64,000 nucleotides of DNA, taken from assembly GCA_012521395.1 (NCBI GenBank), contig JAAYML010000002.1, positions 498-64,497 of the forward strand, written 5' to 3'. This DNA comes from Candidatus Epulonipiscium sp. Its GTDB lineage: Bacteria; Bacillota; Clostridia; Lachnospirales; Defluviitaleaceae. This document shows positions 30,385 to 40,655 of the stretch, in pieces (the stretch's first letter is position 1; each line of letters begins with the position of its first letter). The notes under the pieces are model-generated. The model was not told the origin of the DNA. It did no database searches and saw only the letters and a list, made by a program, of their open reading frames with translations. The position numbers were made by a program, and so were the translations under genes.

Positions 30385-31161
30385 TCAATTATCGCTTCCG
30401 GCGTATGGTGCATATTCACTAAGAATCTTAATTTCAACCCTCCTGTTTTTTGCTCTTCCCTCAGGAGTAGAATTATCAGCAACAGGGACGTATTCCCCAA
30501 AACCTTCAGTAGAAAATTGACTAGGATTAAAATCCCATTCATTAATATAATATTTTGCTACGGCTATTGCCCGGGCAGCAGATAATTCCCAATTGCTGGG
30601 GAATTGTACAGTCTGTATCGGCCTGTTATCTGTGTGCCCTTCAAATCGAATTCTGTTATTTGGATATTTCTTTAGTTGAACACCTATTTTATCCAATATG
30701 GTAAGGGCTTCTGGTTTTAAATCTGCTTTACCACTGTCAAACAATATCCCATCTTTAAAGGTCACAGTAACAAAATGATCTCCTAAATCAACATCAATGG
30801 CATCTTGTAATTGATTTTCAGTAACAAAATTCTTGAAATCAGAGTACATTTTTTGAAGTTCTTCAAACCTTTTTAAATCAATTTCAGGACTTGTTTCTGA
30901 CAGGTATTTTTCTAAATCAGGTAACTGATTAATACCATTACCAATTTCACTGCCTTCCCCTATAGTAGAACCAGTTCCTGTCAGAATCCCAATTGAACCT
31001 TCCATAGAATTAATAAAGGCTTTAAATTTTGCGATATCTATTGTGGACATCGAGAAAAGAAGAACAAAAAACGTAAGCAACAAAGTTACCATATCACCAT
31101 AAGTATTCAGCCATGTTGCAGTGCCCTTGTTTACTTCTATTACTTTTTTTCTTTTAGACAC
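30385..31161 (-). CDS. motB: flagellar stator protein MotB (OmpA-like C-domain)
   Basis: 258 aa. N-terminal TM helix with the conserved Asp (YGDMVTLLLTFFVLL). C-terminal NRRVEI OmpA-like motif. Confidence 0.9.
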   Translation of the reverse strand: MSKRKKVIEVNKGTATWLNTYGDMVTLLLTFFVLLFSMSTIDIAKFKAFINSMEGSIGILTGTGSTIGEGSEIGNGINQLPDLEKYLSETSPEIDLKRFEELQKMYSDFKNFVTENQLQDAIDVDLGDHFVTVTFKDGILFDSGKADLKPEALTILDKIGVQLKKYPNNRIRFEGHTDNRPIQTVQFPSNWELSAARAIAVAKYYINEWDFNPSQFSTEGFGEYVPVADNSTPEGRAKNRRVEIKILSEYAPYAGSDN

Positions 31162-31163
31162 TT

Positions 31164-31967
31164 TTATTCACCTGCCTCCGGACCTTCACCATTGTTCTTG
31201 CCCATGGTTTCACGTAAAGTAGGTGATAAGAATGCCTTTAATTTCTCTTCAATAATTCTTGGGTTTTCTCCCGCCTGAATAGACAATAATCCCTCTATCA
31301 TCACTTCTTTTAAAAGGATTTCTTCATCACTTCTGACTTTCAATTTGTTGGCTGTAGGAGATGCAAAAAAGTTTGCTAAAACTGATCCATAGAAAGTTGT
31401 AACTAAGGCAACAGCCATACTGGGTCCAATGGTAGAAGGGTCATTTAACTGGTCCAACATAGCAATAAGTCCAATTAAGGTACCTATCATACCCCAGGCA
31501 GGTCCTTCGCTTGCCATGTTCCCCCAGAAATCTTGCACTTCTTTGTGACGTCCTTCTATGAAGGCCAATTCAGTTTCTAATATATTTCTAACCAGTTCAG
31601 GATCTGTTCCGTCAACAATTAATAAAACGCCTTTTTGTAAAAACTTGTCTTCCATATCTTGCGCAGCTTCTTCAAGAGCCAGCAAACCTTCTTTTCTTGC
31701 AATATTAGCTAATTCAATAATATTTTGAATAATGTTACCTGTATTGAATTCTTGAGTTTTAAAAATTAAACGAACTGTTTTTAAGGAATTCATAAATTTA
31801 TTTAACGGATAGGAAACTAACAGTGAGGCAAAAGTACCTCCAAAAGTAATCATAATAGAAGGTAAATCAAAAAATAAGCCTAACCGACCATTCATTTGAA
31901 TAGAAATAATCATGAAAACAAATCCTAATATCAGTCCTAAAATGCTAGAAATGTCCAATGCAATCAC
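31164..31967 (-). CDS. motA: flagellar stator protein MotA
   Basis: 267 aa MotA/TolQ/ExbB-type proton channel. GPAWGMIGTLIGLI and ALVTTFYG motifs. Confidence 0.92.
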   Translation of the reverse strand: MIALDISSILGLILGFVFMIISIQMNGRLGLFFDLPSIMITFGGTFASLLVSYPLNKFMNSLKTVRLIFKTQEFNTGNIIQNIIELANIARKEGLLALEEAAQDMEDKFLQKGVLLIVDGTDPELVRNILETELAFIEGRHKEVQDFWGNMASEGPAWGMIGTLIGLIAMLDQLNDPSTIGPSMAVALVTTFYGSVLANFFASPTANKLKVRSDEEILLKEVMIEGLLSIQAGENPRIIEEKLKAFLSPTLRETMGKNNGEGPEAGE

Positions 31968-32167
31968 CTCACTTTATTGCTAATATCGGCCAGTATTTTT
32001 TGCTTATATTCGATGACACGTTGGATAATCTCATCTACATTTTCCTTTACAACTATTTTTTTACCTGTAGTCATGGTTATGACCGTATCGGGTGTTTCTT
32101 CCACAAATTCAATTAAATCCGAATTGATCACCATATAACTACCATTTAACCTTGTTACTTTAATCAT
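31964..32167 (-). CDS. flbD: flagellar protein FlbD
   Basis: MIKVTRLNGSYMVINSDLIEFVEETPDTVITMTTGKKIVVKE is the typical FlbD pattern. I prefer ATG 32167 (GAGGGA RBS) over the track's 32203, which would start inside the flgE hairpin. Confidence 0.85.
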   Translation of the reverse strand: MIKVTRLNGSYMVINSDLIEFVEETPDTVITMTTGKKIVVKENVDEIIQRVIEYKQKILADISNKVR

Positions 32168-32196
32168 CTTTATCCCTCTTTTGGACATCAAATTAC

Positions 32197-32232
32197 CTCG
32201 CACTTTAAGACAAAAATGTCTTAAAGTGCGAG
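32197..32232 (-). promoter_or_regulatory. very stable intra-operon RNA hairpin immediately after flgE
   Basis: Perfect 16-bp stem (plus strand CTCGCACTTTAAGACA-aaaa-TGTCTTAAAGTGCGAG). It starts 8 nt after the flgE stop. Only an interrupted U-tract (GUAAUUUGAUG) follows. Confidence 0.75.
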
Positions 32233-32240
32233 AAAGTTAA

Positions 32241-33578
32241 TTAACGTTTTAAATTAACTAACTCCTGAAGCATTTCGTCTGATGTGGTAATGATTCTTGA
32301 ATTTGCCTGAAAACCTCTTTGAGTTGTAATCATTTCTGTAAATTCTTTAGCGAGGTCTACATTAGACATTTCTAACACACCACCTTGGAGATTAGGTTCA
32401 CTTCCGATTCCGTCAAATTCACCAGAATTTGGCGTGGTAATAAATAAGTTATCTCCAACCTTTTGAAGACCAGCTGGATTTCTAAAATTCGCAATAACGA
32501 TTTGACCTAACATTTTTTGTTGGCCATTGCTGTATTGGGCAGTAATGATACCATCTGCACCAATGCTATAACCCGTTAATTCACCAGGTTCCCGACCAGC
32601 TCCAAGTCCATTTTTGTCACCCATTAAAGGATCGATATTGGTTTTTTGATTGTATTGGGTCAATCCAGAAAAATCAACTGTTAAAGGTCCTATTGTGGAT
32701 TTAATAATAGGATCTCCGTCACTTAAATCAGTAGTTAAATCAAAAGGTTTTCCACCATTAGAAATAGTAAAAGTTCCATTGGTTCCACCAGAGTTTTCAA
32801 TATCCAGATTTCCGTCGGAATCAAATACAATAGTAATAGAATCGTCTTCAGCCCCTACTAACGTAAAGACATTACCATTCGCGTCTGTTAGTTGCAAGGT
32901 ATCAGGTATATCAATACTCCATTCAGCATCCCTTGCGTCATACGTCATATAAAGATTTGCTGTATATAAGTTGCCTAAACTGTCATAAAACTTTAATTGA
33001 ATTGGAATTCCATTTCCGGAAATACCATCCTGAATGTTTACGTTACCTTGTATTCGAAGATTGGTTGTAGCCTCAGGGTCGGCTGTTATGTTTTCAGGTT
33101 TATCTAATTTCAAATATTCAACTGTGCCTCTTTGAATCCTGGTACCATTATCAACCGCAGGCCATCCCATAACCTTCATTCCATTAGGAATCGTTAAATT
33201 ACCATCGTTGTCTTTTCTAAATACACCTGCTCTGGTAAAGTAAGTTCCACTTTCATCACCAACAATAAAGAACCCGTCTCCTTCTATCATTAAATCAAAA
33301 GGATTGTCCGTTCTTTGAGCAGCTCCGGTTGTCATTAAAGTATCAATGGAAGAAATATTGGTTCCTAATCCAATTTGCATCGGATTTCTTCCACCTCTGC
33401 CCGTTTCAATACTTGCTGCACTGGCCCCTTGAAGAGTTTGGCTAAATACCTCATTAAAAGTAACCCGGCTGGATTTAAAGGCTGTGGTATTTACGTTGGC
33501 AATATTATTACCTATAACATCCATTTTTGTTTGATGTACTCTTAAACCGGAAATACCGGAAAACATAGATCTCATCAT
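32241..33578 (-). CDS. flgE: flagellar hook protein FlgE
   Basis: 445 aa. N-terminal MMRSMFSGISGLRVHQTKMDVIGNNIANVNT and C-terminal MSNVDLAKEFTEMITTQRGFQANSR rod/hook motifs. Confidence 0.92.
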   Translation of the reverse strand: MMRSMFSGISGLRVHQTKMDVIGNNIANVNTTAFKSSRVTFNEVFSQTLQGASAASIETGRGGRNPMQIGLGTNISSIDTLMTTGAAQRTDNPFDLMIEGDGFFIVGDESGTYFTRAGVFRKDNDGNLTIPNGMKVMGWPAVDNGTRIQRGTVEYLKLDKPENITADPEATTNLRIQGNVNIQDGISGNGIPIQLKFYDSLGNLYTANLYMTYDARDAEWSIDIPDTLQLTDANGNVFTLVGAEDDSITIVFDSDGNLDIENSGGTNGTFTISNGGKPFDLTTDLSDGDPIIKSTIGPLTVDFSGLTQYNQKTNIDPLMGDKNGLGAGREPGELTGYSIGADGIITAQYSNGQQKMLGQIVIANFRNPAGLQKVGDNLFITTPNSGEFDGIGSEPNLQGGVLEMSNVDLAKEFTEMITTQRGFQANSRIITTSDEMLQELVNLKR

Positions 33579-33680
33579 AGTAAAACGACCTCCTTAAATA
33601 AATAAGCTAATCCTGGTGCAGTAATACACTCATCTTTTCAGTCAATCCAAGATGAAAAGCTCTCCTACAAGAGGTCCAGC

Positions 33681-34067
33681 TTATATGATTACAGCACCAT
33701 CAATATTGGTAAAAACAGTATCTTTGGCCTGACTTGAATCTATAGCAGTGATAACCACCCGATTTTTAATATTAACAACTAAAGCAATTTGATCCATTAG
33801 AACCAAAGAATCTTTTATACCTTTTTCCTCTGCTTTTTTAATTCCTTTTTCCAGTTTTTCAAATTGCTCTTTCGTAAAAGCTATGTTACGCGCATCTAAA
33901 CGCATAGCCGCATGTTTGGAAAACTTTATATTTTTGTCAGACGCAATTTGATTTTGTAGTAGTTGCTGGAATTCACTAACCCCAGCATTGCTATTTTGAT
34001 GATGAACTTTATTGACATTTAAAGTATTTATAGGGGTAATTTTAACAGGGTTATGGTTTATTTTCAT
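33681..34067 (-). CDS. flagellar operon protein (TIGR02530-like, between flgD and flgE)
   Basis: KFSKHAAMRLDARNIAFTKEQFEKL...KGIKDSLVLMDQIALVVNIKNRVVITA matches my memory of this family. I prefer ATG 34067 (GGTGGTGAG RBS) over the track's 34133, which overlaps flgD. Confidence 0.7.
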   Translation of the reverse strand: MKINHNPVKITPINTLNVNKVHHQNSNAGVSEFQQLLQNQIASDKNIKFSKHAAMRLDARNIAFTKEQFEKLEKGIKKAEEKGIKDSLVLMDQIALVVNIKNRVVITAIDSSQAKDTVFTNIDGAVII

Positions 34068-34083
34068 AAACTCACCACCTTTA

Positions 34084-34893
34084 TTAGCCCTCATATACTT
34101 TGATAAGGTCTTCGTATGCCAGTTCTTTACCATTTACAATAACATACATTTGATTATCCCTCATCAAAATATAATTGACTGTACCTTCAACTTCTTCATA
34201 GTCATTCATCTCTGGATTAAAGTATTTACCAACTACTTTTTTTCCCGTAATGGATTCTTTGGTCACGACACCTACAATTTTATCCATAGTGGTTTCAAGA
34301 TAATAATCGTCTGTGCCAATTACCAGATAAGGAATACCATTTTTCATATTAATATGTTTTACAAAACCTTCAACATATTCCTGCTTATTATTTAGTGGAT
34401 TGTTTCTTGTAAATTGAACAACTTTACCAATCAGTTCAAAAGGATTACTTGGCCCATCATCAATCGCTGATAAGCTTGCGTCTGTTACCATATTAACATC
34501 TTCAACAGCAACCTCTCTGTCTCCAACCACTAAATAAGCCTTATTATTTGCAATTTTAACAAAGTCAACTTTCCCTTCCACAATTTCAACGTCTGATGTT
34601 TGACGATTGACAACGGTTGCTTGTATATTTTTTCCGATTAAAGCAAAAGCTTTTGTTACTTCTAAAGTTTTATTCATATTTTGCATTTGCTCTAAAGCGC
34701 TAAATTGAGCCATTTGGGCCAAAAATTCTTTGTCATCCGTCGGATTAAGAGGATCCTGGTATCTTAATTGGGTTACCAGAAGATTCAAGAATGCATCTTT
34801 GCTTAACTCATTTTTTGGAGTGGTCGTTTGCTTGGAATACTGTATCCTTGAATCATTAGGATCAATATAATTGACTTTTTGAACATCTGCCAT
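34084..34893 (-). CDS. flgD: flagellar hook-capping/assembly protein FlgD (with triplicated C-terminal domain)
   Basis: N-terminal LSKDAFLNLLVTQLRYQDPLNPTDDKEFLAQMAQFSALEQM is the FlgD signature. The C-terminal half is three tandem ~50-aa repeats. Confidence 0.85.
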   Translation of the reverse strand: MADVQKVNYIDPNDSRIQYSKQTTTPKNELSKDAFLNLLVTQLRYQDPLNPTDDKEFLAQMAQFSALEQMQNMNKTLEVTKAFALIGKNIQATVVNRQTSDVEIVEGKVDFVKIANNKAYLVVGDREVAVEDVNMVTDASLSAIDDGPSNPFELIGKVVQFTRNNPLNNKQEYVEGFVKHINMKNGIPYLVIGTDDYYLETTMDKIVGVVTKESITGKKVVGKYFNPEMNDYEEVEGTVNYILMRDNQMYVIVNGKELAYEDLIKVYEG

Positions 34894-34917
34894 GCTTTCA
34901 CCTCCAAGCTTAAGAAT

Positions 34918-36321
34918 TTATGCAGAATAATCAATGATACTTTCTGAACGTTGGTAAGGATTATCTGCCGGGTTTAAATAAGTTTCTTCGGGATTATTTA
35001 CAAAATCCGAAAGAATGTTGCTAATTCTCTTTCCAGATTTTGATGACTTTTCTTTCATAAAATTGGAATGATGTTTTTGAAAATCTTGTTTTACAAATAC
35101 TTCAAGATTTTTAACTTCCAGGCCTTGTTCACTGAGTGCATCTTTTAACTGATTGAAATTGGCTTCAATAATTTCTTTAACTGCCTGGTTTTCTGCCATA
35201 AATTGAGCAGTAACAATACCTCTTTCTGTAACAATTTTTAAGCTCAATTTACCTAAATGATCTGGTTTAAGCTGTAAACTCATTTCTGAACTTGTCTCAC
35301 CAACATTGATTTTGATTTGTTCTACCATTTGTTCTACGATATTTTGCTGATTCATTAAATCATTCGTTGTTCTTCCTGTTACATTTTCAGTAATGTTTTC
35401 TGTACTTTGAAGATGCGTTTCAAAATTTTGCTGAATAATTATGTTTCTATTTTCTAATCGCATCTCTTCTGAATTAGCAAAAGTATCTTCATTTAAAAAA
35501 CTCTCATCATTATTAAACTTATTGTCAAAAGTCTTTTTATTACTTTGTGGGTTATTCTTTTTAGATTCAAGTGTTAAAACCTCTTCTCCAGAACGCTGTT
35601 CCTGGCTTTTATCCAGAAGTCTGGCATTTTGCTCTAAATCCTGGTCAATGATATGGTCAACTTGTTCCATAAGCTCTGAATGGTCAATGTTATTCATAGA
35701 CTGTTGATCAACAACTGAATTTAAAATGAAATCTTCACTGTCATTTTTTAGATTGAATTTCACTGTTTCTTCAGCTTGCATGAAATGAGTATCAACGAAA
35801 GGAAAAGCAACTTTTAAATGTTCCATTATACTCATTATGTCTTTGTACAATTGATTAACATCAGGAATGGATAATAAATCAATAGAACTTGTGACATTGA
35901 ATAACTTCTGAAGGAAAAGATTAATATTGGTCGGAGAAAACAAATCGTATACAGTCAGACCTAACTGTTGCAAACTCTCCACAATCTCTTCTTCTGACAT
36001 ATCCGTTTTTTCAGCAATGTTTTTGATAATTTGCCTTTCTTCCGGCAATGGCTCAGGATTAATCTGTGAATCATCTGTTGTAACAACCTTTTTCAATGTA
36101 TCGCTTTTATGACTGTGATAATCTTTTTCTGATACATTGATCTTACTGTTAGCATTACCAGTCGTGCTTGCTTTTGATTTGAAAATATTCTTGTTTTCAT
36201 AGCTGTCGTTTAACAAATCTTTAAAGCTTCCTTTTTGAGAATTTGCATTTTTCACTGAACCATTATTAAAAGATTTTGCTAACTCGGTTGTAAAATCAAA
36301 TGAAAAAATTTGTACATTCAT
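34918..36321 (-). CDS. fliK: flagellar hook-length control protein FliK
   Basis: 467 aa. Low-complexity N-terminal region. C-terminal Flg_hook domain LQLKPDHLGKLSLKIVTERGIVTAQFMAENQAVKE. Position before flgD. Confidence 0.8.
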   Translation of the reverse strand: MNVQIFSFDFTTELAKSFNNGSVKNANSQKGSFKDLLNDSYENKNIFKSKASTTGNANSKINVSEKDYHSHKSDTLKKVVTTDDSQINPEPLPEERQIIKNIAEKTDMSEEEIVESLQQLGLTVYDLFSPTNINLFLQKLFNVTSSIDLLSIPDVNQLYKDIMSIMEHLKVAFPFVDTHFMQAEETVKFNLKNDSEDFILNSVVDQQSMNNIDHSELMEQVDHIIDQDLEQNARLLDKSQEQRSGEEVLTLESKKNNPQSNKKTFDNKFNNDESFLNEDTFANSEEMRLENRNIIIQQNFETHLQSTENITENVTGRTTNDLMNQQNIVEQMVEQIKINVGETSSEMSLQLKPDHLGKLSLKIVTERGIVTAQFMAENQAVKEIIEANFNQLKDALSEQGLEVKNLEVFVKQDFQKHHSNFMKEKSSKSGKRISNILSDFVNNPEETYLNPADNPYQRSESIIDYSA

Positions 36322-36343
36322 CCCCTACCCTCCTTTCATTTCA

Positions 36344-37099
36344 TTATTGTGGTGCTAAACTTTTTACAAGTCTGGCTGCACGTTCAGGATTCATTTCTTC
36401 TATAATTGCAGCCTGTTGTTCACTATCTATGTTATTAAAGATAAGAACAACCAAATCCATATCTGTAACCATCATTTCTTCAACAACTTCTGCAGCACTG
36501 GCAGGGTCCATGGTTTGGAACGGTTCAGCATATTTTTTAATCTCTTGTGTATTAACTTCTTCACCCAGTAATTCCTCGTAGATTTGTGCTGCTGTATCCG
36601 GATAAATAGATTCAAAAAACTTCATAAAAGCTTCAGGATTGTCCTGTGCAACCTGCTTACTAAATTCATCTTTATCTAGCTTAAATTGTAATTGCTGCTC
36701 TTCTATTTCCCTCAGTCTTTTCACTTCAGCTTCAAGTCTTTCTATGGCATTTTGATAAGAAGCAAGTTGTTCTTCTTTTCTTTCTAATTGACTTTCCAAG
36801 TTATTTATTTCCTTGATTAATTCTTCTTTAGTCAAATTCCCATACTTGTTACCATCTTTTTTGCTGGCAGGAAGAAGATTGCTGATAATAGGTACATTTT
36901 CTAAAAAATTTCTTAAATATTTTTCCGATAAGTTTCCGACATTAAAACGGATTACAGCCGCTATTACGAGAAATAGGATAATAAATATAATAATTGCAAT
37001 AAATAAAGGACTTTTCTTTTTTCTCTCTTCAGATGGAAGAAAATCTTCCTCTTTATTTTTTGTGGTCGGGGTGCTTACTTTACTAGCTATTTGTCTCAC
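36344..37099 (-). CDS. flagellar protein with MgtE-N-like domain (B. subtilis YlxF-like)
   Basis: One N-terminal TM helix, a coiled coil, then MgtE_N-like repeats (MDPASAAEVVEEM...IIEEMNPERAARLVKSL). Position between fliJ and fliK as for ylxF. Confidence 0.65.
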   Translation of the reverse strand: MRQIASKVSTPTTKNKEEDFLPSEERKKKSPLFIAIIIFIILFLVIAAVIRFNVGNLSEKYLRNFLENVPIISNLLPASKKDGNKYGNLTKEELIKEINNLESQLERKEEQLASYQNAIERLEAEVKRLREIEEQQLQFKLDKDEFSKQVAQDNPEAFMKFFESIYPDTAAQIYEELLGEEVNTQEIKKYAEPFQTMDPASAAEVVEEMMVTDMDLVVLIFNNIDSEQQAAIIEEMNPERAARLVKSLAPQ

Positions 37100-37550
37100 T
37101 CCTATCTATAAGACGGTTTTGAGATTGGAAACTAACGACTTCATCAATACTTCGTTGTTCTTTTTTATTTTCATCATCTAAGAAATTAAACCAGTGTTTT
37201 TCTTTTAATTTCTCCAGCATCTTCTTTTGCCTGGATGCTTCAATTAGTTCTTGCCTTTTTTTTTCTGCCTTCTCATAAGCAAGTTTTACATTTTCTTCTT
37301 GCTTGATTATTTTTCTTTTTAAAAAGTTACCATAATTGTTATAAAAAATTATTTCATTAGGAGCAATTGAATCATGGATTTTTGAACGTAATAAATGAAT
37401 CAATTCGTTAGATTCCTCTGTCAATTTTTCTTTTATTGATATTTCTCTATGAAGTTCATTTAAGGCATTTGAATATTCCTGCTTTTTTTGTTCTTCAATT
37501 TTTTCTCTTACGTTCAAAATGCTTTCCATACGGAAATAAAAACGGCCCAT
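37083..37550 (-). CDS. fliJ: flagellar export chaperone/stalk protein FliJ
   Basis: 155-aa all-coiled-coil protein directly after fliI. Size and position are typical of FliJ. Confidence 0.75.
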   Translation of the reverse strand: MGRFYFRMESILNVREKIEEQKKQEYSNALNELHREISIKEKLTEESNELIHLLRSKIHDSIAPNEIIFYNNYGNFLKRKIIKQEENVKLAYEKAEKKRQELIEASRQKKMLEKLKEKHWFNFLDDENKKEQRSIDEVVSFQSQNRLIDRSETNS

Positions 37551-37568
37551 AAAAATCCCCTTTAATAT

Positions 37569-38909
37569 CTATTCTCCGTAAAGAATTCGATTCATTTGCT
37601 CTAAAACTTCATTCATCTCGAAATTTTCTTCAACTTTTTGCGTTAAAAAATCATTAATTTTTTTTATTTTAGAAATAGCTTCATCGATTTCATCATTGCT
37701 TCCTTTAACATATGCACCAATATTAATTAAATCTTCAGCATCTCTATAAACAGCCATTAATTTTTTTATTTCATATGCCATTGCTTTATGGTCATTATCA
37801 ACAATATCGTTCATTACCCTGGATACACTTTGTAAAATATCGATAGCTGGATAATGATTCCTATTAGCTATTTTTCTGGATAAGACAATATGACCATCCA
37901 GAATTCCACGTGCTGTATCTGTCACAGGTTCTGTCATATCATCGCCATCAACTAAAACCGTATATAAACCGGTAATCGAACCCCGATCAGAATTACCTGC
38001 TCTTTCCAAAAGCTTAGGCATAACTGCAAAAACAGAAGGGGTGTAGCCTCTTGATACAGGTGGTTCACCAATGGCTAAACCGATTTCTCTTTGAGCCATT
38101 GCAAAACGTGTCAGAGAATCCATAAGCAGCAATACATCTTTCCCTTCGTCCCGGAAATATTCAGCAATTGCAGTTGCTGTTTGAGCAGCTTTTAAACGGA
38201 TTAATGCAGGCTGGTCAGAAGTTGCAACGACAAGAACTGAACGCTTTAGTCCTTCTTCTTTTAAATCTTTTTCTATAAACTCTCTTACTTCTCTTCCCCT
38301 TTCTCCGATTAAAGCAATCACATTTAAATCAGCTTTTGTGTTTCTGGCAATCATACCTAATAAGGTACTTTTTCCCACACCACTACCGGCAAAAATTCCT
38401 AATCTTTGACCTTTTCCTACGGTTAAAAGTCCATCAATTGCCTTAACACCTAAAGGAAGAACTTCTGTTATCCGTTTGCGCTTTAAAGGATTAGGCGGTT
38501 GATTTTCAATGGGATATCTTATATCTGAAGCAGGTAATTCTTTACCATCCATAGCTTGTCCCAGTCCGTTTATAATTCTTCCTAATAAATGATAGCCAAC
38601 AGAAACATTTAAATTTGTTTTAGTGGTTTCTATAATACTGCCAGGACCAATGCCAGCCATCTCTCCCAAAGGCATTAAGAGAATTTTATTATTTTTAAAA
38701 CCTACCACTTCAGCCATTACGGGATAAGAAGTATTTTTTGAACGAATATAGCAAAGATCTCCCACATTACAAACTGGTCCTATGGATTCGATGGTTAAAC
38801 CAACAACTTGTGATACTCTTCCCTGATATTTAAAATAATCTTTATTAAGTACGCTCCTGTATTTGTCGATGTTGATTGTATTCAAGACCTCACCCAATCC
38901 TAAAATCAA
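37569..38909 (-). CDS. fliI: flagellum-specific ATPase FliI
   Basis: 446 aa. Walker A GSGVGKST, Walker [11 protein letters not shown]1-beta-like. Confidence 0.95.
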   Translation of the reverse strand: MILGLGEVLNTINIDKYRSVLNKDYFKYQGRVSQVVGLTIESIGPVCNVGDLCYIRSKNTSYPVMAEVVGFKNNKILLMPLGEMAGIGPGSIIETTKTNLNVSVGYHLLGRIINGLGQAMDGKELPASDIRYPIENQPPNPLKRKRITEVLPLGVKAIDGLLTVGKGQRLGIFAGSGVGKSTLLGMIARNTKADLNVIALIGERGREVREFIEKDLKEEGLKRSVLVVATSDQPALIRLKAAQTATAIAEYFRDEGKDVLLLMDSLTRFAMAQREIGLAIGEPPVSRGYTPSVFAVMPKLLERAGNSDRGSITGLYTVLVDGDDMTEPVTDTARGILDGHIVLSRKIANRNHYPAIDILQSVSRVMNDIVDNDHKAMAYEIKKLMAVYRDAEDLINIGAYVKGSNDEIDEAISKIKKINDFLTQKVEENFEMNEVLEQMNRILYGE

Positions 38910-39643
38910 TAATTCTTAATTGACAGTAATTCTTCTTTTAATCCTTCAAATTGCACGCCTAAACTGCAGTCAATATTACCAAAGTCTGTTTCGATAATAC
39001 AATCTGAACAAGATAATGAAGAATCTTTAATAATTTCAATATCATTATTTATTCCTAAATCTTCTATCAATTCCTCTTTGGATTCAATAACCAACGGATA
39101 GTCTTGATCAGAAACCCGGATAATTATTTTTTCATTTCCTTCTTTAACCTGAGAAAAACCCTTTCTTATTAAATATAAGATATATTGCGGGTTTGTTTTT
39201 ATGCTATTCGCTAATAACTTTTCCAAAATATCAATAATGAGCTGAACCATTTGGGGTTCTATTTCATTAATGATTCTTTCTTTTTCTAAATAAGCTTTCT
39301 TTAATTCTTCTTTTGCCTGACTTTTAATTTTTTCGCCCTCCAGGATGCCTTGTTGCAATCCTTTTTCATAACCTTCTTTCCAGGCTTCTTCTTCTGTTTC
39401 CTTTTTTAATGCGATTGCTTCCTGACGGGCTTTATCCAACAACTCAGCTGCTGCTTTTTCTGCCTCATGGATCATTTTATTAGCATCGTATCTTGCTTTT
39501 TCTAAAATATTCTGGACTATGATTTCAGCCGAAGTATTATCAATTTTAACAAGATCTTCTTTAGGAAATTCCTCGTTGGCTTTAATCTGTACCGTTTGCT
39601 CATAATTATAGTTAACAGCAGGACCTTTTATGATACTAGACAA
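38906..39643 (-). CDS. fliH: flagellar assembly protein FliH
   Basis: 245 aa. Charged coiled-coil N-half and FliH C-domain. 4-nt overlap with fliI and 8-nt overlap with fliG. Confidence 0.8.
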   Translation of the reverse strand: MSSIIKGPAVNYNYEQTVQIKANEEFPKEDLVKIDNTSAEIIVQNILEKARYDANKMIHEAEKAAAELLDKARQEAIALKKETEEEAWKEGYEKGLQQGILEGEKIKSQAKEELKKAYLEKERIINEIEPQMVQLIIDILEKLLANSIKTNPQYILYLIRKGFSQVKEGNEKIIIRVSDQDYPLVIESKEELIEDLGINNDIEIIKDSSLSCSDCIIETDFGNIDCSLGVQFEGLKEELLSIKNY

Positions 39644-40649
39644 TTATTTCGTCACCTCCACCTCTGGAAATAACAATTTCGCCAACTTCTTCAAGTTTCC
39701 TGATTACATTAACAATTTTTTGTTGAGCATCTTCGACATCCCTAAGTCGAACAGGTCCCATATATTCCATATCTTCTTGTATCATGGCAGAGAGACGTTT
39801 AGAAAGATTTGCAAAGATAACATTTTTAACTTCATCGGTTGCTCCTTTAAGGGCAATCGCTAAATCATTGTTATCAACTTCTCTGAGTATTCTTTGAATT
39901 GACCTGCTGTCTAAGGTAATAATATCTTCAAATACAAACATCTTCTTCTTAATTTCTTCTGCTAGTTCAGTATCTTCTACTTCCAGTGTTTCCATAATAT
40001 ATTTTTCAGTTCCCCTGTCCACACAATTTATGATATCAACAATAGCATCTACACCGCCGACAGCAGTAAAATCTTCTGTTACTAAAGCAGAGAGTTTCTT
40101 TTCCAAAACTCTTTCGACCTCTTTGATGATGTCTGGCGATGTCCTATCCATTAAAGCAATTCTTCTTGCTACATCAGGTTGTTTTTCCTGAGGTAAAGAT
40201 GCTAATACTGCAGCTGCCTGAGTGGGGTTTAAATAAGATAGAATAAGGGCGATTGCTTGAGGATGTTCATTTTGAATAAAGTTTAATAGCTGACTTGCAT
40301 CCGTTTTTCTTACAAATTCAAAAGGTCTGACTTGAAGAGATACGGTAAGTTTATTAATAACCTCAATGGCTTTTTCGCTGCCCAACGCTTTTTCAAGAAC
40401 CTGTTTAGCGTAAGCAATACCTCCTTCTGCAATATATTGCTGCGCTAAACAAACCTGATAAAACTCATCTAAAACTTTTTCCTTCATTTGTGGGGAAACA
40501 GTCCGTATATTTGCTATTTCTAAAGTTAATTGCTCTATTTCTTCTTCCCTTAAATGTTTAAATATACGAGCTGATTTTTCAGGTCCCAATGCAATAAGAA
40601 GCATAGCTGCTTTTTCTCGGCCTGAAAGTTCCTCCTTCACAATTGCCAT
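39636..40649 (-). CDS. fliG: flagellar motor switch protein FliG
   Basis: 337 aa. LSGREKAAMLLIALG N-terminus and the C-terminal torque helix region (...MFVFEDI...). Confidence 0.95.
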   Translation of the reverse strand: MAIVKEELSGREKAAMLLIALGPEKSARIFKHLREEEIEQLTLEIANIRTVSPQMKEKVLDEFYQVCLAQQYIAEGGIAYAKQVLEKALGSEKAIEVINKLTVSLQVRPFEFVRKTDASQLLNFIQNEHPQAIALILSYLNPTQAAAVLASLPQEKQPDVARRIALMDRTSPDIIKEVERVLEKKLSALVTEDFTAVGGVDAIVDIINCVDRGTEKYIMETLEVEDTELAEEIKKKMFVFEDIITLDSRSIQRILREVDNNDLAIALKGATDEVKNVIFANLSKRLSAMIQEDMEYMGPVRLRDVEDAQQKIVNVIRKLEEVGEIVISRGGGDEIIV

Positions 40650-40655
40650 CTATCT

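Noticed and set aside
31983-31990. A SigD-type -10 element (minus strand GCCGATAT) at the end of flbD, just upstream of motA.
   Set aside because: No TAAA -35 lies at the required 15-16 nt spacing. The match lies in coding sequence and may be coincidental. A similar GCCGATAA at 10681-10688 inside the SwrB-like gene also lacks a -35.
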